Both the position numbers and the translations under genes were made by a program. DNA of 63,923 nucleotides, the filler included. It is 4 parts of 4 records of this genome, joined end to end, with 100 filler letters (N's around TTAATTAATTAA, not from the genome) between each part and the next. Parts side by side here need not be neighbours in the genome. Positions count along the whole stretch, not along the records: positions 18,985 to 34,228 come from SRR20825006_1340; 3 more parts are not named here. One strand, given 5' to 3'. This document shows, piece by piece, positions 20,993-32,449 of this stretch. The number at the start of each line of letters is the position of its first letter. The first letter of the stretch is position 1. The notes beneath the pieces were generated by a model that saw only the letters and a list, made by a program, of their open reading frames with translations, was not told the DNA's origin and made no database searches.

Positions 20993-21877
20993 ATGACCGT
21001 ATCAAGCATGACCGGGTTCGCCCGCACCGACGGCGGTGCAGAAGGCTTTGGCTGGACCTGGGAGCTTCGCAGTGTCAATGGCAAGGGATTGGACGTTCGT
21101 ACGCGCCTTAGCGGCGGCTTTGAACGTCTGGAGCCTGTTGTACGAGACGCCGTCGTCAAACGGTTCAAGCGAGGCAATATGGGGGTCACGTTAAATGTTG
21201 TCCGCCCCGGGGAAAACAGTGCCTATCGCATTAACCGCGATTTACTTGGCGAATTGGTTGCGCTAGCCGAGGAATTTGATCGCGCCAGCAGCCTTTCGGC
21301 CGGGACGATTGCAGATTTGATGAATGTGCGTGGCGTTCTCGAAGCGGTCGAACAGCAGGAAGACGACGACAGTCGCGAAAATCTGGATGCCGCGATCCTT
21401 GAAAGCTTTGGCGAGGCGCTTGATCAACTGGCAGCCCATCGCGCCGAAGAAGGAGCGAAGCTTGACGAAATGCTGCGCGGTCATATTGATCGTATCGAGG
21501 AAACCGTCCTGAGTGCTGAAAATTGCGCGTCCGTTCGAAGCGATGCGATCAAGGCAAAGCTCAAGCGTCAGATCGATGAGCTGATGGAAACAGGCAAGTT
21601 CGATCCCGAACGGCTTCATCAGGAAGCAGCTTTGCTTGCGACCAAGGCGGATGTTCGGGAGGAAATTGATCGACTTAAAGCCCATATTATCGCCGCACGC
21701 GACATGGTCCAAAAAGGCGGTGCGATTGGCCGTAAACTTGATTTCCAATGTCAGGAATTCAATCGTGAAGCCAATACGCTCTGTTCCAAGGCGAATGATA
21801 TCGAACTGACCAATTGTGGTATGGAGCTTAAGGTCATAATCGATCAACTGCGCGAGCAGGTTCAGAACGTTGAATAA
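20993..21877 (+). CDS. yicC: YicC/YloC family endoribonuclease
   Basis: SMTGF, ELRSVNGK, GRKLDF.QEFNREANT, REQVQNVE. Confidence 0.93.
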   Translation: MTVSSMTGFARTDGGAEGFGWTWELRSVNGKGLDVRTRLSGGFERLEPVVRDAVVKRFKRGNMGVTLNVVRPGENSAYRINRDLLGELVALAEEFDRASSLSAGTIADLMNVRGVLEAVEQQEDDDSRENLDAAILESFGEALDQLAAHRAEEGAKLDEMLRGHIDRIEETVLSAENCASVRSDAIKAKLKRQIDELMETGKFDPERLHQEAALLATKADVREEIDRLKAHIIAARDMVQKGGAIGRKLDFQCQEFNREANTLCSKANDIELTNCGMELKVIIDQLREQVQNVE

Positions 21878-21887
21878 GGACAATCCG

Positions 21888-22520
21888 ATGACGGATCAGG
21901 CAAAACGTCGTGGTGTTATGCTGGTATTCTGTGCCCCTTCAGGGGCAGGGAAAACCACGATCACACGCCAGATTTTGGAAAAAGACAGCCAGATTTCTCT
22001 TTCGGTTTCTGCGACAACACGTGCAGCGCGTCCGGGCGAGGAAGAGGGGATACACTACTTCTTCAAATCCGTTGATGCCTTCAAGCATATGATCGCCGAT
22101 GATGAATTACTGGAATGGGCGGAAGTGTTTGGCAACTATTATGGCACGCCTAGCGGCCCGGTCGAAAAGGCGCTTTCCGAAGGCCACGATGTTCTGTTTG
22201 ACATTGACTGGCAAGGCGCGCGGCAAATACGCGAGAAGGGTGGGGATGATGTTGTTTCTGTCTTCATCCTGCCGCCCTCGTCGGCCGAGCTTGAACGCCG
22301 TCTTCGTGATCGGGGACAGGATGCTGATGATGTGATCATGAAGCGTATGGCAAAAGCCGGTGCCGAAATCAGCCATTGGGAAGAATTTGACTATGTTCTG
22401 ATCAATGATGACCTTGAACGTTGTCTTGCCGATGTACAACATATCATTGGTGCAGAACGCGTTAAACGCGAACGCCAATCCCAACTGCCGGGGTTCGTTA
22501 AAAAGCTTTTGACAGATTGA
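21888..22520 (+). CDS. gmk: Guanylate kinase
   Basis: APSGAGKTT, SATTR, EVFGNYYGT, DIDWQG. Confidence 0.96.
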   Translation: MTDQAKRRGVMLVFCAPSGAGKTTITRQILEKDSQISLSVSATTRAARPGEEEGIHYFFKSVDAFKHMIADDELLEWAEVFGNYYGTPSGPVEKALSEGHDVLFDIDWQGARQIREKGGDDVVSVFILPPSSAELERRLRDRGQDADDVIMKRMAKAGAEISHWEEFDYVLINDDLERCLADVQHIIGAERVKRERQSQLPGFVKKLLTD

Positions 22521-22541
22521 TGATCCGAAATGGCCGCCTAA

Positions 22542-23408
22542 TCAGGCGACCATTTCGTCATGAACAAGTGTTAGTCGAACGAAATCGGCTACACTTAATT
22601 CTTCTGCACGTGCTGTCTCTGTAATTTGTGCACGTTCCAACAACATTCCGACATCCATGTTCAATGTCTTCAGGCTAGCGCGCAGCATCTTGCGCCTTTG
22701 GCCAAAGGCTGCCTGTGTTATCTTGCCCAGACTGACAAGATTTACAGCTTCGCCGCGATCTGTTTTGGGACGCAGTTGAACGACAGCTGAGGTTACCTTG
22801 GGCGGTGGGGTGAAGGCACTACGGTGCACATCAAAAAGTATCTGGCAGTCACATAAATACTGGCACAGGACCGAAAGGCGGCCATAGGCCTTGCTTTTCG
22901 GGGCGGCGACAACGCGCTCTGCGACTTCTTTCTGGAACATCAGGGTCAGGCTGGCAAACTGATCAATCTGCATCAGCCAACCCAGCAAAAGTTGCGTGCC
23001 CACGTTATAGGGAAGGTTGGCGACAATCTTTCGCGGAGCCGAGCCGAGTGACGTAACATCAACGTCAAGCGCATCCCCATCGATCACATGAAGCGCCCCC
23101 GGATAGTGATTGCTGATTTGTTCAAGAACCGGTTGGCAACGGGGATCACGTTCGATAACCGTCAAGTTCTTTGCGCCATGATAAAGCAAGGCGCGTGTCA
23201 GACCACCGGGGCCTGGACCGATTTCAATTACGGTTGCGTCATCCAGTGGTGCAGCCGCGCGCGCGATCCGCCCGGTCAGGTTCAGATCAAAAAGGAAATT
23301 CTGGCCAAACTTCTTCTGCGCGGACAGTTCATGCGTTGCAATGACGTCGCGCAAGGGGGGAAGCCCATCATTGGCAAGGCTGGTGGTTTCGTTGTTCTGG
23401 TCTGACAC
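22542..23408 (-). CDS. rsmA: 16S rRNA dimethyltransferase RsmA/KsgA
   Basis: [28 protein letters not shown]. Confidence 0.96.
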   Translation of the reverse strand: MSDQNNETTSLANDGLPPLRDVIATHELSAQKKFGQNFLFDLNLTGRIARAAAPLDDATVIEIGPGPGGLTRALLYHGAKNLTVIERDPRCQPVLEQISNHYPGALHVIDGDALDVDVTSLGSAPRKIVANLPYNVGTQLLLGWLMQIDQFASLTLMFQKEVAERVVAAPKSKAYGRLSVLCQYLCDCQILFDVHRSAFTPPPKVTSAVVQLRPKTDRGEAVNLVSLGKITQAAFGQRRKMLRASLKTLNMDVGMLLERAQITETARAEELSVADFVRLTLVHDEMVA

Positions 23409-23412
23409 GATG

Positions 23413-24444
23413 TCAGGCTCCTTGTGAGGCAGCGTTGCCGGCTACTCGTTTATGTGCCATCTCAGCCGCCATTTTGATGGCCGCGATCAGGCTGTCAGGC
23501 CGTGCGATGCCTTTACCTGCGATATCAAGAGCCGTCCCGTGATCAGGGGACGTTCTGATAAAGGGCAATCCTAGCGTGACGTTCACACCGCCATGGAAAT
23601 CAAGTGTTTTGACCGGAATCAGAGCCTGATCATGATAGGAACATAGGGCGACATCGTAGTTTGCACGTGCCTCGGCATGGAACATGGTATCGGCGGGGAG
23701 GGGCCCAACGACATCAAACCCGTCATTCTGCAATGCCTTTATGGCAGGGCGCATTATCCTGATTTCTTCGTCGCCCATTGATCCATCTTCACCGGCATGC
23801 GGGTTTAATCCGGCAATCGCAAGCCTTGGTTTTTCCAAACCAAAATCCCGTTGCAACGACTTTGACGTGATGCGGACCAATTGTTTGATCATTTCACGGG
23901 TAAGTTGCTTTGGCACTTCCGAAAGGGCGATGTGGATTGTCATCGGTACGACGCGCAATTGACTATTGGCCAACATCATAACCGGGATGGTGCCCGGACC
24001 AGAAAGCTCTGCCAGAAATTCGGTATGGCCGGGATGTTTGAACCCGGCTTGATAAAGCGCGCTCTTCTGAATCGGGTTGGTTACCACAGCACTTGCTGTT
24101 CCTGATCGCGTCAAGTTAACGGCATGGGTTATGCTGTCTATTACAATAGATGCGGTTTTGCTGGATGCAGTTCCATGTTCGATATCTTGTGCAGTGCCGG
24201 GAATTTCAAAAACCGGAAGGGCGTCCTCAAAGAACTTACCTGTTTGGCTGACCTCGTTTATCACCTTGGTTTTTACCCGTAGCCCAAGACTTTCGATGGT
24301 TTGATCCATGATTGTCTTGGGACTGAGAATGAAAAATGGAGGCAGTACATGGTCTTTGCGCGACAGCCACGCCTTGAGGGCGAGCTCCGGGCCGATGCCG
24401 CCCGGTTCTCCCAGTGTCATTGCAATCGGCTTGATGTTGCTCAT
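23413..24444 (-). CDS. pdxA: 4-hydroxythreonine-4-phosphate dehydrogenase
   Basis: [36 protein letters not shown]. Confidence 0.96.
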   Translation of the reverse strand: MSNIKPIAMTLGEPGGIGPELALKAWLSRKDHVLPPFFILSPKTIMDQTIESLGLRVKTKVINEVSQTGKFFEDALPVFEIPGTAQDIEHGTASSKTASIVIDSITHAVNLTRSGTASAVVTNPIQKSALYQAGFKHPGHTEFLAELSGPGTIPVMMLANSQLRVVPMTIHIALSEVPKQLTREMIKQLVRITSKSLQRDFGLEKPRLAIAGLNPHAGEDGSMGDEEIRIMRPAIKALQNDGFDVVGPLPADTMFHAEARANYDVALCSYHDQALIPVKTLDFHGGVNVTLGLPFIRTSPDHGTALDIAGKGIARPDSLIAAIKMAAEMAHKRVAGNAASQGA

Positions 24445-24464
24445 CGGCTAGCGTCCTTTCCGGA

Positions 24465-25736
24465 TTACATCCGGATATCGATAAACGCATTGCGGCGCAA
24501 TTCACGCAGTTTACGGCGCGCCAGAATTTCGAGGCGTTCCATTTCAATACGTTGGCGGATGCTTTCCCGATCCGGAAGAGTACTTTCTTCGGTTTTGTCG
24601 CAAACCATGACAAGCAGGGCACCGCCATCAACCTTGATCAGATCGGAAATACCGCCTTTATCCAGATTTGCGACGGCATTGCGTACAGGCCCTGCAAGAT
24701 CGTTTGGTGATATGCCTTCAGTCTTTCCGCTCATGTCCGAACCAAGGTCAACCGCAACATTTGCCAATGATTGGCAACTGTCGGCAGTTTCTTTGGCATT
24801 TTGCAGGATACCAAGTTTGGAGTTGACCTCATCTTGAGGCGTGTTGGCTGCAATCGGAACAAAGAGCTGATATAGATCAAGCCGGACATCTGTCAGGGCG
24901 TTGGCATCTCCCCGACGGCGTTCAAGCAGTTTCAGGATGTAATATCCGCGAATGGTTCTGATAGGATCACTTACATCGCCCGGCTGCATCTGGTTAATGG
25001 CCTGCTGCAATTCTCCGGCCATTTCACCGGAATAAAGCCAGCCAAGGTTACCACCGTTTGCTGCACTTGAGCTTGCCGAAAACTGTCTCGCCAGGCCGCC
25101 GAAATTAGCCCCCTGTTCAAGGGCCCGGATTACCTCGCGGGCATTCTGGTAAACTTTGGTTTCGTCCTGCGGATTATCGACAGGCAGGAAAATTTCCTGA
25201 ACATTGTTACGTGGCTTGCCCTGGTTGCTGCGAATACGTTCGAGGTTGTCATCAATTTCTGTATCGGAAATCTCGATTTCGCGACGCATGGAACCCAAAA
25301 GTTTCTGCCATGCAATTTGGGGACGGATCTGGTTTCTTATGGTTTCTGGTGCGATACCATTCTGAGCCAGAAACTGGTCAAGCCCACCCGTTGGCAATCC
25401 TGAATTTTGCTCAATCAGGGTTTTGGCGCGATCAATATCTGCGTCCGTCACCTCAAAGCCGCGACGTTCAGATTCCTGCAGTTGCAGCTTTTCATTGATC
25501 AACTGCTGTAAAATCTGTGGTGCCATCTCCTGGCTTCGTTGCGGGCTCATCGGAATATTGGAAGAGGCAGCGACAAGCTTGATACGTTCTACCAGATCGA
25601 CCACCGAAATCGGGGCATCATTGACGACAGCTGCGACGCCGATCGTGCTTTGAGCTCTTGCTGTCGATATCGAAACAGCAGCAAAAAGCATGACAGCAAT
25701 TGCTGCGACGAGATGAGAAAGTCTGGTGCTATGCAA
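24465..25736 (-). CDS. surA: Periplasmic chaperone / PPIase SurA
   Basis: Signal peptide, AAVVND, parvulin motif FGGLARQFS...GGNLGW; lptD-surA-pdxA-rsmA order. Confidence 0.88.
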   Translation of the reverse strand: MHSTRLSHLVAAIAVMLFAAVSISTARAQSTIGVAAVVNDAPISVVDLVERIKLVAASSNIPMSPQRSQEMAPQILQQLINEKLQLQESERRGFEVTDADIDRAKTLIEQNSGLPTGGLDQFLAQNGIAPETIRNQIRPQIAWQKLLGSMRREIEISDTEIDDNLERIRSNQGKPRNNVQEIFLPVDNPQDETKVYQNAREVIRALEQGANFGGLARQFSASSSAANGGNLGWLYSGEMAGELQQAINQMQPGDVSDPIRTIRGYYILKLLERRRGDANALTDVRLDLYQLFVPIAANTPQDEVNSKLGILQNAKETADSCQSLANVAVDLGSDMSGKTEGISPNDLAGPVRNAVANLDKGGISDLIKVDGGALLVMVCDKTEESTLPDRESIRQRIEMERLEILARRKLRELRRNAFIDIRM

Positions 25737-25748
25737 GGTTATACTGCC

Positions 25749-27932
25749 TTATAATCCGGCTGCTGACGCAAATTCGCCAAGTGTTTTGAATACAAGTCGG
25801 AAAAGAATCTCATCCGACTGACCAAGGTCCTGATCTTCGTAGAATGTTCTTCTGACCCGTCCGTCAAACACGAAGCATTCGTCTTCGTAAACAAAGCCGA
25901 AACCGTATTCAAGAGGGTCGTTCTGATCAAGATCATAGCGACTATATGCCATCCCCGACCAGAATTCGCTGAACTGGCGCTCCGCGCGGAAATAAAATTC
26001 TTCTCGTTGCCCGAACTCATCACTGCCAGCATCTTCTGCAAAGTGAACGTAATCCAGATTAAGGCGTAACGTTTCCTTTTCACCCAAACCTGCTGATACC
26101 TGATTTCGGCGTGTCGAGAAATCTTCATTATCAAGCCTGAAGCGATAGGTCAGGTCGACATATTTGTTTGGAGAGGCGGTTACTCTGCCAACATAATCCG
26201 ACAGATGGTCTTCGAGGCCAGAGCCTTCTTCAAAGGTATCGCCCTTGTTGGCGCGATAGCTTTGGCCGAACATGGCACTGGTATATCCTCCTTCCTCGCC
26301 GTAGACCCCCCATTCAAGGCCGTAGCTGGTTCTAAAACCGTCTTCTGCACGGTCGATACCGCTATATCTGTCATGTGAGAAAATATTGATGTCATCAAAC
26401 TCGAATGACTGGGAGTCTTCATTCGGAATCTCGTTCGGGTTTCCGCCGTTTGGCGACCATGCGGCCATAACAATCGGTTTGACGATATGATGGTAGCTGC
26501 CCTGGTTGTTCACAAATGGCATGTTCCAGTCGACGGCTACCAATGGAAGAATTCGGCCTGCATATCCGTTGTAATCCTGTTGACCGTCTCTCGATACATC
26601 CGAAACCATGTAATTGTCGGTGCGAATGGACATCGACAGCTTTGTTACGTCCCCAAGTGATCCGATATAGGGCAGAGCCCAGCCTGCTTTGGCGGAAAGG
26701 CGATGAGAGTCCGCCCCTTCTTCCCGGGTGAGCGACAAGGCATCCAAATCAAGGGTGGTGTAACTGCCATATTTCGCCGGAGCCGTTTGACCGTGGAATT
26801 GTGCGTGTGGCAAAATGATGGGTGTCGTATCCCGATCATCTTCGGCTTTTAGCCCTTGGAAATAATAGCCGTCGACACGGCTATAACTGGCCCCTCTGAA
26901 ACCCTCGGTAAACAGGTTGGAGGTCAAAACAGATGGTGAGCCAAAACCATATCGGCTCATATAGGTCTTTTCAGAAGCCTGTTCTGCATCAAATCCCCAC
27001 CGCCATGTTTTATCGATGTCAAAGCGGCCTTTTGCATCAATGTGCCCCTGAAAGTCGTCCGTATCGTCACTGGTAACACTACTGACAACTTCCATTTCAC
27101 CGCTGTCAAAGCGTTGGCGATACTCACTGGCGAGAACCGGGCCTTCGTCCGTTGTGTAGATAGGACGAAGGGTTAGATCCTTGCTTTGATCAATAGCCCA
27201 GTAATAGGGCAATTCGAAGAACGATCCGACATAACTCGTGCTACCAAAAGATGGTGCCAAAAAACCTGATTGACGTTTAACTGTTGGATCAGGATGCTGG
27301 AAATACGGCGAATAAAGAACCGGAATTCCTGCAAATTCCAGTCGGGCATCTTCGTATTCCACGGTTTTTTCTTTGGCATCGTGAAGAACACGGGCTGCTT
27401 TGATGCGCCAAAGCGGTGGTGTTTCCGGATCGTCTTCGCAAACCTTGCAAGGAGAGTAAACCGCCTTGGCAATTTCGGTAAAATTCCCGCCGCTTCTGCG
27501 CGCGCCGGTACCGGCAATTCGAGTGTTTTCATCAAGAAGAACATAAATGTCTTCAACAATGCCTTCCTTGAAATCACCCGAGAGTTCGACATGACTTGCA
27601 AACGTCACTTCACCGGTTGGTTCGGTAATACTGACATTGCCAGACGCCGTAAGCACGTCCTGTGATCTGTCATAGCTGACGGTATCGGCCAGCAAAATAC
27701 GACCATCCCGCGAGATTTCGACATTGCCGCGCGCTGTTACCGTTTGAAGTTCCCGGTTATAGTCAACTTCATCCGCACTGAAAAGAATCTTGGGCTGTTC
27801 GTCGTTTGCAGTGGTCACTTCATCGGACTGCTGTGCCTTGGCGGCAATCGAATACGTTCCGGCCAGTGCAAATGCACAGCCCAGGATGGTCCCCGTTGCC
27901 AGTCTTTTTATCATTCCCCCTGTATGAGCCAT
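25749..27932 (-). CDS. lptD: LPS-assembly protein LptD
   Basis: OstA-like N-domain, YSPCKVC...PPLWRI, RQSGFLAPSFG, YEDECF; synteny. Confidence 0.93.
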   Translation of the reverse strand: MAHTGGMIKRLATGTILGCAFALAGTYSIAAKAQQSDEVTTANDEQPKILFSADEVDYNRELQTVTARGNVEISRDGRILLADTVSYDRSQDVLTASGNVSITEPTGEVTFASHVELSGDFKEGIVEDIYVLLDENTRIAGTGARRSGGNFTEIAKAVYSPCKVCEDDPETPPLWRIKAARVLHDAKEKTVEYEDARLEFAGIPVLYSPYFQHPDPTVKRQSGFLAPSFGSTSYVGSFFELPYYWAIDQSKDLTLRPIYTTDEGPVLASEYRQRFDSGEMEVVSSVTSDDTDDFQGHIDAKGRFDIDKTWRWGFDAEQASEKTYMSRYGFGSPSVLTSNLFTEGFRGASYSRVDGYYFQGLKAEDDRDTTPIILPHAQFHGQTAPAKYGSYTTLDLDALSLTREEGADSHRLSAKAGWALPYIGSLGDVTKLSMSIRTDNYMVSDVSRDGQQDYNGYAGRILPLVAVDWNMPFVNNQGSYHHIVKPIVMAAWSPNGGNPNEIPNEDSQSFEFDDINIFSHDRYSGIDRAEDGFRTSYGLEWGVYGEEGGYTSAMFGQSYRANKGDTFEEGSGLEDHLSDYVGRVTASPNKYVDLTYRFRLDNEDFSTRRNQVSAGLGEKETLRLNLDYVHFAEDAGSDEFGQREEFYFRAERQFSEFWSGMAYSRYDLDQNDPLEYGFGFVYEDECFVFDGRVRRTFYEDQDLGQSDEILFRLVFKTLGEFASAAGL

Positions 27933-27936
27933 TCAG

Positions 27937-29040
27937 CTAGCCGTCCTCCAGATGAAGCAAGGTGGAAACTCCCAATAGCAAAGATATACCTGCAGGTGCC
28001 CAAGCCGACAAGACGGGCGGGATTCCGCCTGAAACGCCAAGTGCTGAAATGACATCGGTACAAAAATAAAGAATGAAACCGGTCGCGACACCCCCACCGA
28101 TAACAAGAGATGCGCGGCGACGTCGAGAAAATTTAAGACAGAATGCAGCGGCAATTAGAACCATTGCGCAAAGCAGCAATGGACGCGACAGCAAGCTGTG
28201 AAAATGGATGCGATGGCGGGTTGCGTTGAAGCCGGCGCGTTCCAGAAGGTTGATAAACGGCTTCAGGTCCCAGAACGACATCGTTTCGGGAGATGCAAAA
28301 CTGTCCTGGATTTTTCGTGCAGTCAGATTTGTGGGCAACATCAATTCGGATGAAAACTCACTAGCCTGTCCCGGATGGAAGGTCCATGCGTCATAGAAAC
28401 GCCATGTGCCGGGCTCGAGAACTGCACGCTGCGCATCAATTCTGGTTGTGAAATCATCCGCATTCTGAAAACGGAAAACGGTGACGTTCCGCAAGTCAAC
28501 TCTATCTGTTGCCTGCCCACGAACTTCGCGGGCATATATTACGGCCTGTCCATCCTGCGTGCCCTGACGCAGCCATAATCCGTTTGACGAGAGATTCATG
28601 ACACTGCTGTTGCCCTGAAGATATCGGGCCTCGAGCGTTTCGTATCTTTGTAGCAAAATTGAAGATAGCGGATTAAGCGCCATAACCTGAATGGAGCCTA
28701 GTAAAATCGCGCACATGATTGGCGGAAGTAGGAATTGCCAGGCAGAAACACCTGCTGCACGTGTGACGACAAGCTCCTGATTGCCAGTAAGCTTCCAGAA
28801 CGAAAACATCGATCCGAACAAGACAGCAAACGGCAGGACCTTCTCTGTCATGAATGGAATTCGACTGGTTGCCATTTGAAACACGATACCAACCGTCGCA
28901 TCTGGGCGTCCACCGGCGCGACGCAGCAACTCGATTGTATCGCCGATCAGGATCAATCCGATCAAAAGGGCGAGAATTCCCAGAATCGATATCAGAACAT
29001 GTTTGCCGAAATACCAGGTGAGGGTCGGGGAGATTCTCAT
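27937..29040 (-). CDS. lptG: LPS export permease LptG
   Basis: LPFAVLFG, ELVVTRAAGVSAW; second YjgP/Q gene. Confidence 0.9.
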   Translation of the reverse strand: MRISPTLTWYFGKHVLISILGILALLIGLILIGDTIELLRRAGGRPDATVGIVFQMATSRIPFMTEKVLPFAVLFGSMFSFWKLTGNQELVVTRAAGVSAWQFLLPPIMCAILLGSIQVMALNPLSSILLQRYETLEARYLQGNSSVMNLSSNGLWLRQGTQDGQAVIYAREVRGQATDRVDLRNVTVFRFQNADDFTTRIDAQRAVLEPGTWRFYDAWTFHPGQASEFSSELMLPTNLTARKIQDSFASPETMSFWDLKPFINLLERAGFNATRHRIHFHSLLSRPLLLCAMVLIAAAFCLKFSRRRRASLVIGGGVATGFILYFCTDVISALGVSGGIPPVLSAWAPAGISLLLGVSTLLHLEDG

Positions 29041-30155
29041 GCTGGAACCTCGTCCCGGCTTCCTGCCTTCGCACGGATTTGCGGTCCGCGGAATGTCCAG
29101 TAGAGGCCCCCTGCGATTGGAAGAAGCGCATTCAAATACATAAGGGGGACAAGGTCGGGATTCTTTGCTGCAAGGTTCTTCATTGTGATGCTGATCACCT
29201 GGAAGACGATCATAATTGCAATCGCAAATAAAAGGCGCCCGGTCTGCCCCCTGCGAGAGAAGCTGCTTGAAACCAGAACTGCCAGTGCAATGCTTGCAAA
29301 GCCGATGGAGTATAGCGGTGAAAGTAGCCGATCATGTCCTTCAGCGCGAAATGAGCCAATGTCATTCGGCAAAACATCAGGCGGCATGGTTGTTAGAAGA
29401 TTGGATACGCTTCGTTCACGCGCTTCTTTGTAACGAAGGGCCGGATCTTCTGCATTATGCGCAATATCGACAGCATAGCGGTCAAAATAGAGGATCGACA
29501 TCGTGCCGTCCTTCGTGTTGACTTCCTGGCGGTTTCCATCAAGCAATACGATCCGCGGACCATTTTCCGTGCGAACGAGCGCACCATTTTTGGCCATCAT
29601 TGTGGCCTGTTTGTTTGGATCTCTGGCGTCATGGACAAGAATGCCAAGTAGCTCGTTATCCTGCCCGACTTCCCGGATATAGACTGTCAGACCGTCAAGG
29701 TCGGTAAAGCTGCCTTCCTGCAGCAAAACGGATGAGAAATCGTTGCGGATTGAGAACTGCAGTTCTTTGAATTGCTGGTAGCTGTAAGGCAGATAAAACA
29801 GCGTCAGGAAATAACCGAAAGCGGCGGTCAGCAATGCTAGTATGAGTGTCGGTTTTGCAAGAGCCCACTGGCTTAACCCGGCGGATCGCATAACGATCAA
29901 CTCGCGGTCCTGAATAAGTTTGTTATATGTGAAAACTACAACGAAAAAGAGCGAGATCGGTAAAATAATCGCCAAAAAGCTTGGAAGCAGCAGAGATGTT
30001 AGCTGCAAAAATACCGATACCGAAAGGCCGCGGTTCACAATCATTTCAATGAAACGCAGGCTTTGCGACAGCCAAATGACACATAGCAAGCCAAGTGTCA
30101 CAAACACCATCATGATGAACTGCTGTTTCAGCATATATCGGGTTAAACGATTCAT
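29037..30155 (-). CDS. lptF: LPS export permease LptF
   Basis: DRELIVMRSAGLS; first YjgP/Q gene. Confidence 0.9.
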   Translation of the reverse strand: MNRLTRYMLKQQFIMMVFVTLGLLCVIWLSQSLRFIEMIVNRGLSVSVFLQLTSLLLPSFLAIILPISLFFVVVFTYNKLIQDRELIVMRSAGLSQWALAKPTLILALLTAAFGYFLTLFYLPYSYQQFKELQFSIRNDFSSVLLQEGSFTDLDGLTVYIREVGQDNELLGILVHDARDPNKQATMMAKNGALVRTENGPRIVLLDGNRQEVNTKDGTMSILYFDRYAVDIAHNAEDPALRYKEARERSVSNLLTTMPPDVLPNDIGSFRAEGHDRLLSPLYSIGFASIALAVLVSSSFSRRGQTGRLLFAIAIMIVFQVISITMKNLAAKNPDLVPLMYLNALLPIAGGLYWTFRGPQIRAKAGSRDEVPA

Positions 30156-30350
30156 TGGCCGGATTATAGAGAAGCGTTCAAAAACCGAAACAGGAAATTA
30201 GGGGTAAATCCCGGCAATTACACTGTTACGCGACGGGGCTGGCTGATTGCGGTGGAGTATGCTGCAAACGATTGCCGTTAAAGGCGAAAGCAACCTCTTC
30301 TGGAGAATCTGTTCCGGAAGAGGTTCGGGGATTTCAACGTCAACGCTGTG

Positions 30351-32126
30351 TCAGAATAATGGCGCGGTTTCATGCAGCAATTCGTGTCGTGTATTGGCGA
30401 TCTGCTGTGCCATGAAATCGGCTTCGGGAACGATTTGCGCCAAAAAGAAGTTACAGCTTAGGCCCTTTGCTTTGGCAAAGCCCTCTTCAATGTCGCTATC
30501 GGTCAGTTTTTCCAAAGAGCGGAACATTAACCAACCTGCCGCACAAATCGAAGTCTGCCGGAGGTAGGGGGAGGCGATAGCCTGAGCGAGGCCAGATGAG
30601 TTTTTGCACCTGGAGAGGATATCTTCTGTGGTTTGTTCCAGTTGATCGATGGCATGGCCGAACATCCGCGCCGCTTTAGACAAATTGTCATCAAGATGCG
30701 GCTTGGATACAGACATACGCATTTCGGTAATCAGTGACCGCATCGCGGCTCCGTTATCACGAAGGAGCTTCCGGCCGATCAGATCCAGTGCCTGAATGCC
30801 ATTTGTGCCTTCGTAAATTGGCGCAATTCTCGCGTCACGCAGATGCTGGGCTGCGCCTGTTTCCTCGATAAAGCCCATACCGCCATGAACCTGAATGCCA
30901 AGGGATGCGTTTTCCACGCCCAGATCCGTTGACCATCCCTTGACCATTGGGATCAGAAGGTTTGCGCGCGTTTGCGCCTTCGTGCGTTCATTTTCGTCTT
31001 CATGATGGTGAGCAATATCAAGTTGCGCCGCGGCATAAAGTGAAAGCGCGCGGGCGGCTTCGGCGGTTGAGCGCATTCGGATCAGCATGCGCTGGACATC
31101 GCCGTGATGAATGATGCTTTCATCCTGCCCGGTTGTCGGAGATTTTCCCTGTTTGCGATCACGTGCGTAGGATACAGCTTGCTGATAGGCGCGTTCTGAA
31201 ATCGCGACGCCCTGTTGCCCGACAGCGAGACGGGCGTTGTTCATCATTGTGAACATGCAAGCCAAACCGTGGCCTTTGTGTCCGACCAGATAGCCCTTGG
31301 CGCCCCCGTTGTCTCCAAAGGAAAGAACAGCGGTCGGGCTTCCATGAATACCAAGCTTATGTTCGAGTGATACACATTTCACATCGTTGCGCTCACCTGG
31401 TGTGCCATCGGCGTTCACAACGAACTTCGGCACAATGAATAGCGATATACCTTTGATCCCGTCTGGCGCATCCGGTGTCCGGGCAAGCACAAGATGGACA
31501 ATGTTGCTTGTCATCTCGTGATCGCCATAGGTGATAAAAATCTTTTGTCCGGTAATCCGGTACGAACCGTCATCTTCTGGCTCGGCCGTGCTGCGAACCT
31601 TTGAAAGGTCGGAACCGGCCTGCGGTTCGGTAAGGTTCATCGTGCCGGTCCATTCGCCACTTATCATGCGTGACAGATAAATTGCGCGTTGCTCGTCCGA
31701 TCCATGTGCGGTCAGAAGTTCAATGGCGCCGGCGGTAAGCATGGGGCACAGGGCAAAGGCCATATTCGCTGAATGCCAAAGCTCTCCTACGGCGGCACCC
31801 AAAAGCAACGGCAACCCCATGCCGCCCTCGGCCTGCGGGGCGCTTATGCCCTGCCAGCCGCCTTCACAGAATTTATCATAGGCATCCTTCCAGCCGGTCG
31901 GAGTTCTAACATGGCCATCAGTTTGAAGAACCGAACCTTCCTGATCCCCAATACGGTTTAAGGGAGCCAGTACGCCAGAAGCCAGTTTACCTGCTTCTTC
32001 AAGAATGGCATCGACAAGGTCCGGACTGGTTTCTGCGAAGGCCGGGATATCCGAAACGGTTTGCAAACCGATCACATTGTGGATCAGGAACCGCAGATCA
32101 TGGAGTGGTGGCGTATAGTCGCTCAT
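30351..32126 (-). CDS. Acyl-CoA dehydrogenase (long family, DmdC-like)
   Basis: GTMNLTEPQAGSDL, GQKIFIT, QVHGGMGFIEE, IYEGTNGIQA. Confidence 0.9.
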   Translation of the reverse strand: MSDYTPPLHDLRFLIHNVIGLQTVSDIPAFAETSPDLVDAILEEAGKLASGVLAPLNRIGDQEGSVLQTDGHVRTPTGWKDAYDKFCEGGWQGISAPQAEGGMGLPLLLGAAVGELWHSANMAFALCPMLTAGAIELLTAHGSDEQRAIYLSRMISGEWTGTMNLTEPQAGSDLSKVRSTAEPEDDGSYRITGQKIFITYGDHEMTSNIVHLVLARTPDAPDGIKGISLFIVPKFVVNADGTPGERNDVKCVSLEHKLGIHGSPTAVLSFGDNGGAKGYLVGHKGHGLACMFTMMNNARLAVGQQGVAISERAYQQAVSYARDRKQGKSPTTGQDESIIHHGDVQRMLIRMRSTAEAARALSLYAAAQLDIAHHHEDENERTKAQTRANLLIPMVKGWSTDLGVENASLGIQVHGGMGFIEETGAAQHLRDARIAPIYEGTNGIQALDLIGRKLLRDNGAAMRSLITEMRMSVSKPHLDDNLSKAARMFGHAIDQLEQTTEDILSRCKNSSGLAQAIASPYLRQTSICAAGWLMFRSLEKLTDSDIEEGFAKAKGLSCNFFLAQIVPEADFMAQQIANTRHELLHETAPLF

Positions 32127-32449
32127 GGAAAAAGACGTCTCCCTGAATTGTGAGGCGCCCGCTCGGTATCGCCCTCGTTTCGGGGCTTTGTTGCTATATA
32201 GCATAATCACAAGGCGGGAGAAGATCGAGTCTGTTTCCTTCTGAAAGTACCAAATTACTCTAAGCTATTAGTTGGATGTTCTTCTGGAAAACCAGTGAGT
32301 GTTGCGCCGCACTACTGGCGGTAATATATAATGGTTCCGATATAAATCAGGTGTGAAAACCGTTGCAGGGTCGCCATTCGGGCTTTGGCAAGCTAGACTG
32401 CCCTTCCGGTGATCGGGACACGATCTGAAGAACAAGAAAACACAGGAGT